From IMG/VR virus record IMGVR_UViG_3300043172_001413: a stretch of 64,000 nucleotides of DNA. One strand, written 5' to 3'. Below the pieces are notes generated by a model. The model ran no database searches, was not told the origin of the DNA, and was given only the letters and a program-made list of their open reading frames with translations. A program made the translations under genes and the position numbers. Positions 9,005-17,795 of this stretch are shown here, piece by piece. The stretch comes from a virus. Every line of letters starts with the position of its first letter. Positions within the stretch are counted from its first letter, which is position 1.

Positions 9005-9445
9005 ATGATCATGAAAGTATATGAACCATCAGTACGTAGGAAATTTAAACCCTTCCAGATAAGATGGAATGAGGCTCTTGGTGAGCCAGGTAATCCGTAT
9101 CTATATCGATGGACGTTTCTATTCTTTAATTATTCGATACGGATCCATCACTGGGTAAGATCGGATGATAAGAGATTCTTTCATGATCATTCCTGTGATC
9201 TCACTTCCATTATATTAAAAGGTAGTTATACCAATGTCACGCCAGATGGCCGGTTCGATGTAAAAGCTGGTTCTGTCTGGCATGCTAAAGCAGATAAAAG
9301 GCACTATCTGGATATTCCGAAGGAAGGAGCCTGGACATTATTGCTGTGTAGCCGGCCTTACCGGAAGTGGGGATTCTGGGTAAAACCTGATAAGATGTTA
9401 AGGCCCTTGGCTTATTTTCATAAATATGGAGAAGTAAACGAATAA
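9005..9445 (+). CDS. hypothetical protein (His-rich HHW...FHDH motif)
   Basis: 146-aa ORF between tRNAs. Confidence 0.45.
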   Translation: MIMKVYEPSVRRKFKPFQIRWNEALGEPGNPYLYRWTFLFFNYSIRIHHWVRSDDKRFFHDHSCDLTSIILKGSYTNVTPDGRFDVKAGSVWHAKADKRHYLDIPKEGAWTLLLCSRPYRKWGFWVKPDKMLRPLAYFHKYGEVNE

Positions 9446-9448
9446 TAT

Positions 9449-9522
9449 GCGCCCGTAAGCTCAGTTGGTAGAGCGGCGGCCTCTATTTCCGCTGGTCGGG
9501 GGTTCGATTCCCTCCGGGCGTT
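9449..9522 (+). tRNA. tRNA with anticodon CUA (amber-suppressor-like)
   Basis: GCGCCCG acceptor (G1-U72 wobble), D-arm GCTCAGTTGGTAGAGC, anticodon stem GCGGC/TCCGC, loop CTCTATT giving 34-36 = CTA, T-arm GGGGGTTCGATTCCCTC; followed by T-run. Confidence 0.55.
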
Positions 9523-9525
9523 CTT

Positions 9526-9668
9526 TATTTTTCTCGTAATTCTTCTGATAATTCGACTGCTAGGTTTACAGCATCGGCATTGCCTTCTTCGCTGTACATG
9601 TAATCTATCTGTTTAAGAATATCTTCTACAGAAACATATTCAACGTTTTCAACAATTATTTTTCTCAT
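9526..9668 (-). CDS. possible small acidic protein (47 aa)
   Basis: ATG-initiated ORF MRKIIVENVEYVSVEDILKQIDYMYSEEGNADAVNLAVELSEELREK in convergent gap; weak RBS. Confidence 0.2.
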
Positions 9669-9704
9669 CTTTTAGTTACTCTACCTGAAATAAAAATGAG
9701 ACGA

Positions 9705-10751
9705 TTAAAGGAAAACTTTTTGAATATCATGTCTTTTATTCATGCAGTTTGACATGAAAACATTACAGTCATAATGATTTACTATCGCATTACGATAAAA
9801 CAGAGCGGTTTTTGCATCAATGGGTTTAAAACTGTGGCAATCAACGCCTACGTTCAATCCATTTTCTTTGACCATTTGGAGTTTATGGATATGGCCAAAT
9901 AAAAAGAAATCTATCCCTTCACCTTCTTCAGGTGCGTGGATTAAACGGAAAGCAATATTCTCTAACATAAGCAGAAAGTTATTTTTTATGATAATGACTC
10001 TGCTGTCCTCTTCAAGTTTTGTTATAGTAGGTTCTTTGTCGTAGTTGCCTGGTAAAATGTAAACACGTTCTCCTTTTAAATGTTGGAGCATTTTAGGATT
10101 ACCGAAATCTCCTAAATGGTACACTGTGTCTTTATCGGTTACAAGGGCATTCCACTGTTTTACCATCTCCCAGTCCATTTCTTCTACAGAAGAAAAGGGT
10201 CGTTTGGATAACTGTAATGTTCTTTCCTCTCCAAAATGCGTGTCGGAAGTGATAAAGACATTCATTACCGGGCCAGTTAGCTCTCTCAATTTAGTGAGAG
10301 CGTTATCGATACAGACAGAAAGAGTCTCAGCCCATGATATCTCTGACCTTTTACATCTTTCTTTAATGTACCTGAGATGTGGAGAATCAGAAGGGGCACC
10401 TACTGCTATTTTCCCGGAATTTAGCCACTCACCAAATTCAATATTAGTAGTAAAAGCTGGAAGAATCTCATTTCTTGGTATCCAGAACAGGATCACTTTA
10501 GAAATGCTCATAGCTTTTCTTTCCCAGTCTACCTGTCGGCTGTATGTCCAGTCTTCCGGTTGGCAATCGTCAGGGTATTCTGGGATGTAAACCACACCAT
10601 CGAATTCTTTCTCTTCTAACATTGTAAGAGCAGAGTGTCTCCATCCTTTAGGAACTATACCCCCTTTTGCAACTCTGTATGTAGGTCCTGCTAAGTAGAT
10701 AGAATCAGTACTTTCTTCCACCATTTTATCTAAAACATAACTTTTTAACAT
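9705..10751 (-). CDS. fusion protein: N-terminal nucleoside 2-deoxyribosyltransferase/DNPH1-like domain (tentative) + C-terminal calcineurin-like metallophosphoesterase
   Basis: N-terminal SIYLAGP motif; C-terminal MPP motifs SDTHFGE, GDFGN, GNYD, GHIH. Confidence 0.55.
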   Translation of the reverse strand: MLKSYVLDKMVEESTDSIYLAGPTYRVAKGGIVPKGWRHSALTMLEEKEFDGVVYIPEYPDDCQPEDWTYSRQVDWERKAMSISKVILFWIPRNEILPAFTTNIEFGEWLNSGKIAVGAPSDSPHLRYIKERCKRSEISWAETLSVCIDNALTKLRELTGPVMNVFITSDTHFGEERTLQLSKRPFSSVEEMDWEMVKQWNALVTDKDTVYHLGDFGNPKMLQHLKGERVYILPGNYDKEPTITKLEEDSRVIIIKNNFLLMLENIAFRLIHAPEEGEGIDFFLFGHIHKLQMVKENGLNVGVDCHSFKPIDAKTALFYRNAIVNHYDCNVFMSNCMNKRHDIQKVFL

Positions 10752-10760
10752 GAATTCTCC

Positions 10761-11414
10761 TTAAGCATGTTTTCCAGAAAAACAACCTGAGCCTCTTTCA
10801 TAGCACCCCTGGCAATCATTCTCACAAAAGATTTCATCAAATGAAAACCAGTCGGCACCACATCCACCAGAATGTTCTTTATTTCTGTATAAGTGAACTA
10901 TACCATCGTCATAATTTGGGACACCCACAACACCTTTTTCACTGAGTTTTTTGGCTTCTGCGAGGTGCTCTATGGTCAGAACGAGATAATTATTCTCCAT
11001 TTCAAGGGTTCCTTCCCACAACTGTTTATTACGGGTAAAACCTTGTTGGATAATCCCTGCATTGGAAAATTGTCTCATGACTTCTAATATTCTTGCGGTA
11101 AATTTTGGGGGGCAGTCTCCAGCGGCAAACCAGTACAGCATGTTAGATCCGTCTAAGTTTACCTCTGCATATACCTTAGCAAAGACATCATTCAATGATG
11201 CAGTGGTGAAAAAATTTAAGATTTCTTTTTCTTTTCTATTGGCTAGTGAATTCAGACAATTTTTTATGCATCGTGAAGTTGCAAAATGACAGCTACCCCC
11301 ATCTTTAGGCAGTCCGCTTGGAAAATAAACAGCAAGTACGCTCCCGTGTTTAAATAAAATTCTGTTTTTTATGGTTTCGGGATCATTCTGGGTAAAAATT
11401 TTATACCGATCCAT
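10761..11414 (-). CDS. hypothetical protein with C-terminal Cys cluster
   Basis: CENDCQGCYERGSGC. Confidence 0.45.
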   Translation of the reverse strand: MDRYKIFTQNDPETIKNRILFKHGSVLAVYFPSGLPKDGGSCHFATSRCIKNCLNSLANRKEKEILNFFTTASLNDVFAKVYAEVNLDGSNMLYWFAAGDCPPKFTARILEVMRQFSNAGIIQQGFTRNKQLWEGTLEMENNYLVLTIEHLAEAKKLSEKGVVGVPNYDDGIVHLYRNKEHSGGCGADWFSFDEIFCENDCQGCYERGSGCFSGKHA

Positions 11415-11429
11415 ATTTTTATCCTTTAT

Positions 11430-11735
11430 TTATATTTTATTTGATTTTGATTCAAAATTGTTCTGGGCTTCTCTGGAAAACTTGAAATGAGGGACTTTGT
11501 ACTCCGGGATTTCAATCACCTTCCCCGTTCTCGGATTGCGGCCTACTCGGGGTCTTCTATTTTTTACGCAAAAAGCACCGAATCCGCGAATTTCTATACG
11601 CTGTCCTTCAGATAAAATTTTTAAAATCTCGTCAAGAAAGGCCTCTACTGTTATTTTGATGTCATTGACCGGTTTATTATCGAGTTTTTTTGATATCCGA
11701 TTACATAAATCCAGTTTGGTAGCATTATCGCTCAT
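11430..11735 (-). CDS. HU/IHF-family DNA-binding protein
   Basis: RGFGAF...RNPRTGK signature arm. Confidence 0.75.
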   Translation of the reverse strand: MSDNATKLDLCNRISKKLDNKPVNDIKITVEAFLDEILKILSEGQRIEIRGFGAFCVKNRRPRVGRNPRTGKVIEIPEYKVPHFKFSREAQNNFESKSNKI

Positions 11736-11746
11736 TTGAGGACTCC

Positions 11747-12202
11747 TTACAATACCTTATTTTTTGATAGCCATTTTTTTATGTAAAACCAAATTTTTTG
11801 GATAATGTTCAAGGGTGGTATGCCCAAGACACTTTGTTCAAGGACCCATTCCAGTGCACATAAATCTGGGTATTCCCTCTCTTTTAATTTTTTGTTTTCC
11901 AACCTCCATTCAAAAAATTTCTGAATATCTTTTTTATTGTATTGAGAAACAAATGCATTACAATTTTTACAGTGCTGCATATCTTGGCAGATGTCTACCA
12001 AATGAGGAAATATTCCGTTATCAAGATCAACTCCCGGTTGGTGGAAAAGACAGAGATGTATGGGAGCTTTACCGGAAATGATGTATTTATAATTATACTT
12101 GCAGTTTTCAGGTATTCTCTTCAGGTGTTTTTTATAGAGTTTCACCAGGTGAACATACTTAACGTCTTTTAATTTTGTGTATACAGCACGGACGTTTCTC
12201 AT
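11747..12202 (-). CDS. hypothetical protein
   Basis: 151-aa ORF. Confidence 0.4.
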   Translation of the reverse strand: MRNVRAVYTKLKDVKYVHLVKLYKKHLKRIPENCKYNYKYIISGKAPIHLCLFHQPGVDLDNGIFPHLVDICQDMQHCKNCNAFVSQYNKKDIQKFFEWRLENKKLKEREYPDLCALEWVLEQSVLGIPPLNIIQKIWFYIKKWLSKNKVL

Positions 12203-12206
12203 TTAA

Positions 12207-12770
12207 TTAGTTTCTCCTGAATGTATGAAATCCAAAGACGGCAACTTTTGGCTTTTTGTAAAAGAACTGCTCATCTATGAAATGGACTTTATCAGCATAC
12301 ATTTCAAGAGCAGTGTTATAACATTCCTTAAAACTCCATATTTCCACTTTTTTCTTTTTCTGTTTAAGATATTTGCACAGGTCTGCAAAATCACCGTCCC
12401 CTGACATCAGTATCCATTTATTGAAAGTGTTTATTCTATCCATGCAGTCTACGGTAATATTGACATCATGATTTGAATTCTGATATATCGTTTTTTTTGT
12501 ACTTGTGGATACATCCCACTTCGTGAATTTGGTGACATTTTTTGCTTTGATGTCATATCCGATAGTTTTTAATTTTGCTTCAAATTTTGTGCTGTCAAAA
12601 TCCGCTCCTCTGACCAGATAAATAGAGGCAGCAGTTAGTATCTCTGTTTCGCGGTCACTGAAGAAGTGCCATACTTTATCAAAGTCTATTTTCTGTCCCT
12701 GATTTCTCGCTTCAAAGAATAGGTTTTGAAGATCAATTTGCATGTATGTTGCTGCGTGATAATCACTCAT
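12207..12770 (-). CDS. NYN/LabA-like (PIN-fold) nuclease domain protein
   Basis: IDLQNLF, VDCMD and SGDGDF motifs of NYN domain. Confidence 0.55.
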   Translation of the reverse strand: MSDYHAATYMQIDLQNLFFEARNQGQKIDFDKVWHFFSDRETEILTAASIYLVRGADFDSTKFEAKLKTIGYDIKAKNVTKFTKWDVSTSTKKTIYQNSNHDVNITVDCMDRINTFNKWILMSGDGDFADLCKYLKQKKKKVEIWSFKECYNTALEMYADKVHFIDEQFFYKKPKVAVFGFHTFRRN

Positions 12771-13387
12771 TTAATTTTCTCCATGATAAGACCGTTTTTT
12801 GATTCTCTTACTCTGTAAACATGATCAGCGTTATGTTGAAACTCCGTTTGATGCGTAACTAAAAGGACATCTAAACCGATTTTTTTTGAAAGTTCACTAA
12901 TTAGATTTCCGGTATTAGCTATATATTCTTTCCCTACGGCAGCGAATGTTTCATCAAGGATCATAAGTTTGGCGGATTTTTTCTTTAACAGACATAATAC
13001 GCGCAGAAGAAAACTTTCTATGACAGCGACACTTCCTCCAAACGATTTGTAACCTCCTTCAACACCATCGTTATTGGTTTTTAGTTCAATGTATATTTTT
13101 TCATTTTTCTTTGTAATTTCCGGTGTGAATGTTAAATTTTGGTCCTCAAAAATGGTCTTCAGACCATAGGTGATAAGACCTGCCATACGTGCGACCTCAT
13201 CTTTGACCATGATATCCAGAAGATGCTTTAATACTGTACTTGCTTTCATATCTCGGTCAATATCTTTTTTCAGGGTGTCTACAGTCTCTGTCAGTTCCTT
13301 CTCCTGTAGGCAGTAAGCCTGATAGAAACCATCTATCTGGTCGGTTTTCCGCTGCAGGTCTTTTACAGAATTTAACTCACTGATCAT
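12767..13387 (-). CDS. Rad50/SbcC-like ATPase, C-terminal lobe only (short coiled coil + signature/Walker B/D-loop/H-loop)
   Basis: FGGS signature-like, LMILDE Walker B, VTHQ H-loop; no Walker A. Confidence 0.55.
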   Translation of the reverse strand: MISELNSVKDLQRKTDQIDGFYQAYCLQEKELTETVDTLKKDIDRDMKASTVLKHLLDIMVKDEVARMAGLITYGLKTIFEDQNLTFTPEITKKNEKIYIELKTNNDGVEGGYKSFGGSVAVIESFLLRVLCLLKKKSAKLMILDETFAAVGKEYIANTGNLISELSKKIGLDVLLVTHQTEFQHNADHVYRVRESKNGLIMEKIK

Positions 13388-14532
13388 TTAACAATCCTGG
13401 CTAATGTCATGAGACCTATTGCAGTAAAAGATTTTTTTACCGGTTCTTTATCATCTTCTTCTATAATTATTTCAGCATTGCTATAAATGAAGCATTTATT
13501 TTTAGCAATGAAAACCTCTACATTTGAGGCTTTGAATTGATTAAGGACTGCTTTGAATTTGTCGCATTGTATGATAAAGTAAAGGGGTTCCTCTGAGTTA
13601 CATTTACATGGCACTGTTTCAAAGGAGGGCCTTTCCCCCACAGTTTCCATTTCCAGATTTTCGTTATCCTTTATGGTCATCTTTATACCCACATCTTCCC
13701 AGGATGTCAGAGAGAGTCTGTTAAGCTTCTTCAGGAAAAGGGTACGTTCGATATTAAATTTCGGAAGTTTTGGCTCCTCTGTAGAGATAGGGAACTTTGG
13801 GGTATTTGCAAGGGATTTCCTGAAACCAAAGCAATACCGGTCATCAGGAGAATAGAAAGTTATAAGTTTATCTGAAATCTTTATTGCAACTTCTGATGCC
13901 TCTGATTTTTCGACCATAGTCACAAGGGGTGACAGGATGGATTTACGCAGAATTAAATTGGGAGAGCCCTCTATGTCAGGGCTTGTGAAAGCTCCTACCT
14001 TTGTATTTCCATTGGCACCGTAAAACGCGTTGTTCAGGACAAAGAGATTAGAGAATTTTTCATCCTTTTCATTTAAGAATCCTTGTATAAATTTAATACC
14101 GTCAAGAAGCACCTCAATGTTAATAGTATGTTGAAGTTCTTGAGAGGAGAGGTTGAGTGACAGGAATTTTTTCGGATCAAAAGAAGCGAAGGATAGAAAG
14201 GACTTCTTGTTTTCAGAAGTATAAACTTTTAAAGTCTTTGTTTCTGGCTCATAAGTAAAACTGGTCTTTGATGAACCTGAGCTACTGAGAAGTTTATAAA
14301 GATTTTTAGGTTCTGCTGTAAACTGGATTCCTTCTCCTTCAAGTTCGATGTCACTAATAGAAAAATGAGATGTTGCTACTTTATCCTCATCAGTGGAATA
14401 GAGAGTGCCCTCATCTCCTTTTATGGAAAAAAGAGCATGACTCTGAATATGAGTCGATATCTTTCCGGTAGCGAGAGCTACTATTGATAGTGCTTTCTTT
14501 AACTCCGCCGTTTCTGTCGTAAATTTGATCAT
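13384..14532 (-). CDS. dnaN: DNA polymerase III beta sliding clamp (DnaN-like)
   Basis: N-terminal MIKFTTETAELKKALSIVALAT...DGTLYSTDEDKVA parallels DnaN MKFTVEREHLLKPLQQV...DGTLSLTGTDLEM; 382 aa. Confidence 0.55.
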   Translation of the reverse strand: MIKFTTETAELKKALSIVALATGKISTHIQSHALFSIKGDEGTLYSTDEDKVATSHFSISDIELEGEGIQFTAEPKNLYKLLSSSGSSKTSFTYEPETKTLKVYTSENKKSFLSFASFDPKKFLSLNLSSQELQHTINIEVLLDGIKFIQGFLNEKDEKFSNLFVLNNAFYGANGNTKVGAFTSPDIEGSPNLILRKSILSPLVTMVEKSEASEVAIKISDKLITFYSPDDRYCFGFRKSLANTPKFPISTEEPKLPKFNIERTLFLKKLNRLSLTSWEDVGIKMTIKDNENLEMETVGERPSFETVPCKCNSEEPLYFIIQCDKFKAVLNQFKASNVEVFIAKNKCFIYSNAEIIIEEDDKEPVKKSFTAIGLMTLARIVK

Positions 14533-14533
14533 T

Positions 14534-14794
14534 TTATACCTCTATAAGATTAAGTTTTTCCTGTGTTTCTTGTACCTGAGTTTCAAGTTCTCCCAGTAAT
14601 TTCTCTAACTGTTTCTCCTTCTCTTCCCTGATTTCAGTCAGTTTCTTTGGGTCATAACCTTTTTCATTGATCTCAGTCAGGAGTTTTTCCAGGTTTGCTT
14701 TCTCAGTTTTAAACCTTTCTTCTAACCGGATCTTTTGATCAGACATTTGATTTATGTCCTCTTTGATTTTCGTGAATCTCTGTGTATCGTCCAT
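14534..14794 (-). CDS. small coiled-coil protein
   Basis: 86 aa, E/K-rich heptads. Confidence 0.4.
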   Translation of the reverse strand: MDDTQRFTKIKEDINQMSDQKIRLEERFKTEKANLEKLLTEINEKGYDPKKLTEIREEKEKQLEKLLGELETQVQETQEKLNLIEV

Positions 14795-14809
14795 GTGTAC
14801 CTCTTTATG

Positions 14810-15640
14810 TTAAAATCCCAATTCAACTATTTCGCCATTACTTTCCAGATCTATTTTTGAACTTCTCTTTCGACTCACCCTGCTTTGCTCACCCTCTGTG
14901 CAACCAGTAAAATATTTGCAGTATTTACAGGATTTTGCGCTTGGGGTAGGTTTATGTTCTGCTTTTACCATCTCTTTCACGTCCAGAGATAGTCTGGCTC
15001 TGAAATCATTAAGAATATCCATATCCATTTCTACCGGAACCAATGTATTGAAGCGGTAATAGAAGAACCCTAATGCTATCGGTAATTTATTAAATCTGAA
15101 ATAATAAAGGAATGTGTAGAAATAAAGCTGGTCGTTACTGATATTCTTTCCTATTTTATTGGTTCCCTTTCCATCGAATATTGTATCCTCATTACCTACT
15201 TGGGATGTATGGAGAAAGTCCAGCCGACCTTTTATTTTATGAGAATCCTTAAGGATTAATCCTATACTGACTTCTGATTTTGTATTAAAGAAATAATTTT
15301 TGTTCGGAGAGTCCATTATAATGCATATGTCCGTATGCGCCTGTTCAAATATCTCCTCTTTTGAATCCTTACAATAAGGTGCACCCCAATTCACGGTACT
15401 TGATTTTAAGATATCATGATAAATAAAAATCATCTTTCGCCGGACAGCTTCAGGAGAGAGACTGGGAGTTTTAAAGCGCCATATATTACAGTACAATTCA
15501 AAAAACTTTTCCGTCAGACGGCCATAAAGAGTGAAATATTCATTGATAGGTTCAGTCGGAGGGTCATCTCGGACATATTGTTTATAGAATTTTTTAGGGC
15601 ATTCAGTGTAAGCTTTCCAGGAATGGTATGTTATATTCAT
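14810..15640 (-). CDS. Cas4/RecB-family PD-(D/E)XK exonuclease with 4-Cys Fe-S cluster
   Basis: N-terminal YTECPKKFY Cys, C-terminal CKYCKYFTGC triad. Confidence 0.55.
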   Translation of the reverse strand: MNITYHSWKAYTECPKKFYKQYVRDDPPTEPINEYFTLYGRLTEKFFELYCNIWRFKTPSLSPEAVRRKMIFIYHDILKSSTVNWGAPYCKDSKEEIFEQAHTDICIIMDSPNKNYFFNTKSEVSIGLILKDSHKIKGRLDFLHTSQVGNEDTIFDGKGTNKIGKNISNDQLYFYTFLYYFRFNKLPIALGFFYYRFNTLVPVEMDMDILNDFRARLSLDVKEMVKAEHKPTPSAKSCKYCKYFTGCTEGEQSRVSRKRSSKIDLESNGEIVELGF

Positions 15641-16614
15641 ACAGAGACCTCCTGGATAAAATAGAGTACCCGGTCCCGCACTATCTTTGCCATGTCCATA
15701 GTTTCTATAAGCTCATCAATGGTTTTTGTGCTGTCAATGGATTCTTCCATGGCTTCCGAAGCAAGTTTTTCGACAAATAATCTCATTTCCTCTTTTTCCA
15801 GATCTTCCTGTTCTCTTTTAACAAGGTCAAAAACTTCGGACGCAGGTTTAACTTTAAGATTAATTGATCGCAGAGTATAAATAGGTTTGTTATCTTCAAC
15901 GGTTATTTTTATAAAACCTATTTGAGGGTTATGATCAATATCTTCCTCGGATAGAGCACCCCTAGCCAGAGATCCTATATTAACGAAATATTTACCATTC
16001 GGTTCCTGATGAATCCCTTGGTCAATGTGATAATGACCAAGGACGAAAATATCAGGTGAGAATTCGCTCAGTTCATCATATCCATAGAGTCTTTCTTTGA
16101 AGAGCATACCACCCTTTAAACTGGTGTATAGGTGCATTGCACATATTTGGCTGATACAATCACCCTTATCAGGTATTTTCAAGGTCTCAAGATCAAGTCC
16201 TTCTGTATAGGGCACCCCGATCAGCGATATTTTTATCCCGTCTTTCTCGATAATTTCTTCTCTGAGCTGAAGTAATGTTTTGTCAGCGAACAGGACACCT
16301 AATGGTTGTTCTTTTATGCTTTCTAATCGGTTCGCTGTTAGGTCGTGGTTTCCTTCTATCATATAAATAGGACAGTTAAACTGGTTGAATACCCTTATCA
16401 GCTCTATATTTAGGTTATGGCTGTTTCTGGTTGGGTTCTTTAAATTAAAGAGGTCACCGGCAATAACTGCGACATCTGCATTCAGTTTATTACAAGCCAT
16501 GCACATCTGACTAATTTTACCCAGTATGGCGCTCTTAAAATCATCGATTCTGGATCGAGGCCCGTTATCACTGATATGTATATCATTTGCTGTAATTATA
16601 ATAAATTCTGTCAT
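15637..16614 (-). CDS. sbcD: SbcD/Mre11-family nuclease
   Basis: Phosphoesterase motifs DIHISD, GDLFN, GNHD, GHYH. Confidence 0.75.
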   Translation of the reverse strand: MTEFIIITANDIHISDNGPRSRIDDFKSAILGKISQMCMACNKLNADVAVIAGDLFNLKNPTRNSHNLNIELIRVFNQFNCPIYMIEGNHDLTANRLESIKEQPLGVLFADKTLLQLREEIIEKDGIKISLIGVPYTEGLDLETLKIPDKGDCISQICAMHLYTSLKGGMLFKERLYGYDELSEFSPDIFVLGHYHIDQGIHQEPNGKYFVNIGSLARGALSEEDIDHNPQIGFIKITVEDNKPIYTLRSINLKVKPASEVFDLVKREQEDLEKEEMRLFVEKLASEAMEESIDSTKTIDELIETMDMAKIVRDRVLYFIQEVSV

Positions 16615-17795
16615 AGGGGTCTCTCACACAAAGGGCAAACTTTGATTTCTTCCTTTTCTTTTCTCTTCTGTTTCAGTTTTTCTGTGACTTCTCTTAATTC
16701 GTCACGAGTCGTTTTTGTTTCAACGGCTAATTCAGAGAATGCCTCCTCCAGAAACTCCGCCTCATGAAATTCTTTAAATGTCCTTTCCGCTTCTTCGACT
16801 GTTGCAGTTACCCCATTCATGTCAAAATTATCGAGGATCTCTTTTTGCTGTTTGATTCCCTTAATTAATTTTGTGGCTGTATCATCCCATTCACAGAGCT
16901 GGTCTACTTCCTTCACCAGAGAGTCAATTTTTGTTATTTTAGGGACTCTGAGTTGAGAGACACCCTTTAATTTCTCCACAATACCAGCTAATTCTCTGTG
17001 TTTTTTTTCTTTCTCTCTGAGCCACTGTACATCATTGATTGCTCTTTCAAACGGGCTACTGTCTGGGATTACTACTTGGGTGATTCTCCGGAGAACTGAT
17101 AAGGATTCTGTGAGCTCTTTTATTTTTTTTTCATAATCAACAAGAACAAGTATCTCAGAACTCAGATTTTCAGTCTCTTTCTCTTTTTCTACCAATATGG
17201 CAACTGTTTCTTTTATTTCTTCAAAATCAGCGAACGCTTTAAGACTCTCCTTTATAGCCTGCAGATCAGCTTCCCGGGTCTTTAACATAGATTTCTGAGA
17301 TTTTATTGTTTTTTGGCATAGGTCATCGGCCTTACTCAGGGTGTCGATGTTATACAGTTCTGCCAGTACCTCTGTTACCACAGAACCCGGTTTATCTACC
17401 AGGAAGAGTTCATCGAACTGAGAAGCTATAAAGGGAAAGACTTTTTTATCTCCTACTACCATCTTTCCAAAACCTGCACGAATTAATGGCGGCGGAACAT
17501 CCCTGTTCAGTTTTGAATAGACTTCCTTTTCTTTTCCGTTATAAATAGTGTAAGTAGCAGATGCCCCTTTCACCCATTCGACATCTATATCATCACGTTT
17601 TATTTTTACGGTGGTTTTCTTCTCTCCGTGCCGGATAAAACTTTTACCTGGTTGATTGGCTAGAGGGGCTTCGAGTGCCCTTATTATGGCACTCTTACCT
17701 ATATTGTTTTTACCGGTGATAACGGTGAAGCCGTCAATCTCAAAAGAGACATCCTTTATGCTTTGGTAATTCTTAATTGTAACTTTAGTTGTCAT
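16611..17795 (-). CDS. Rad50/SbcC-like ATPase, N-terminal lobe + ascending coiled coil ending at zinc hook
   Basis: Walker A GKNNIGKS, Q-loop, about 250-aa coiled coil, terminal CPLCERPL zinc-hook. Confidence 0.6.
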   Translation of the reverse strand: MTTKVTIKNYQSIKDVSFEIDGFTVITGKNNIGKSAIIRALEAPLANQPGKSFIRHGEKKTTVKIKRDDIDVEWVKGASATYTIYNGKEKEVYSKLNRDVPPPLIRAGFGKMVVGDKKVFPFIASQFDELFLVDKPGSVVTEVLAELYNIDTLSKADDLCQKTIKSQKSMLKTREADLQAIKESLKAFADFEEIKETVAILVEKEKETENLSSEILVLVDYEKKIKELTESLSVLRRITQVVIPDSSPFERAINDVQWLREKEKKHRELAGIVEKLKGVSQLRVPKITKIDSLVKEVDQLCEWDDTATKLIKGIKQQKEILDNFDMNGVTATVEEAERTFKEFHEAEFLEEAFSELAVETKTTRDELREVTEKLKQKRKEKEEIKVCPLCERPL

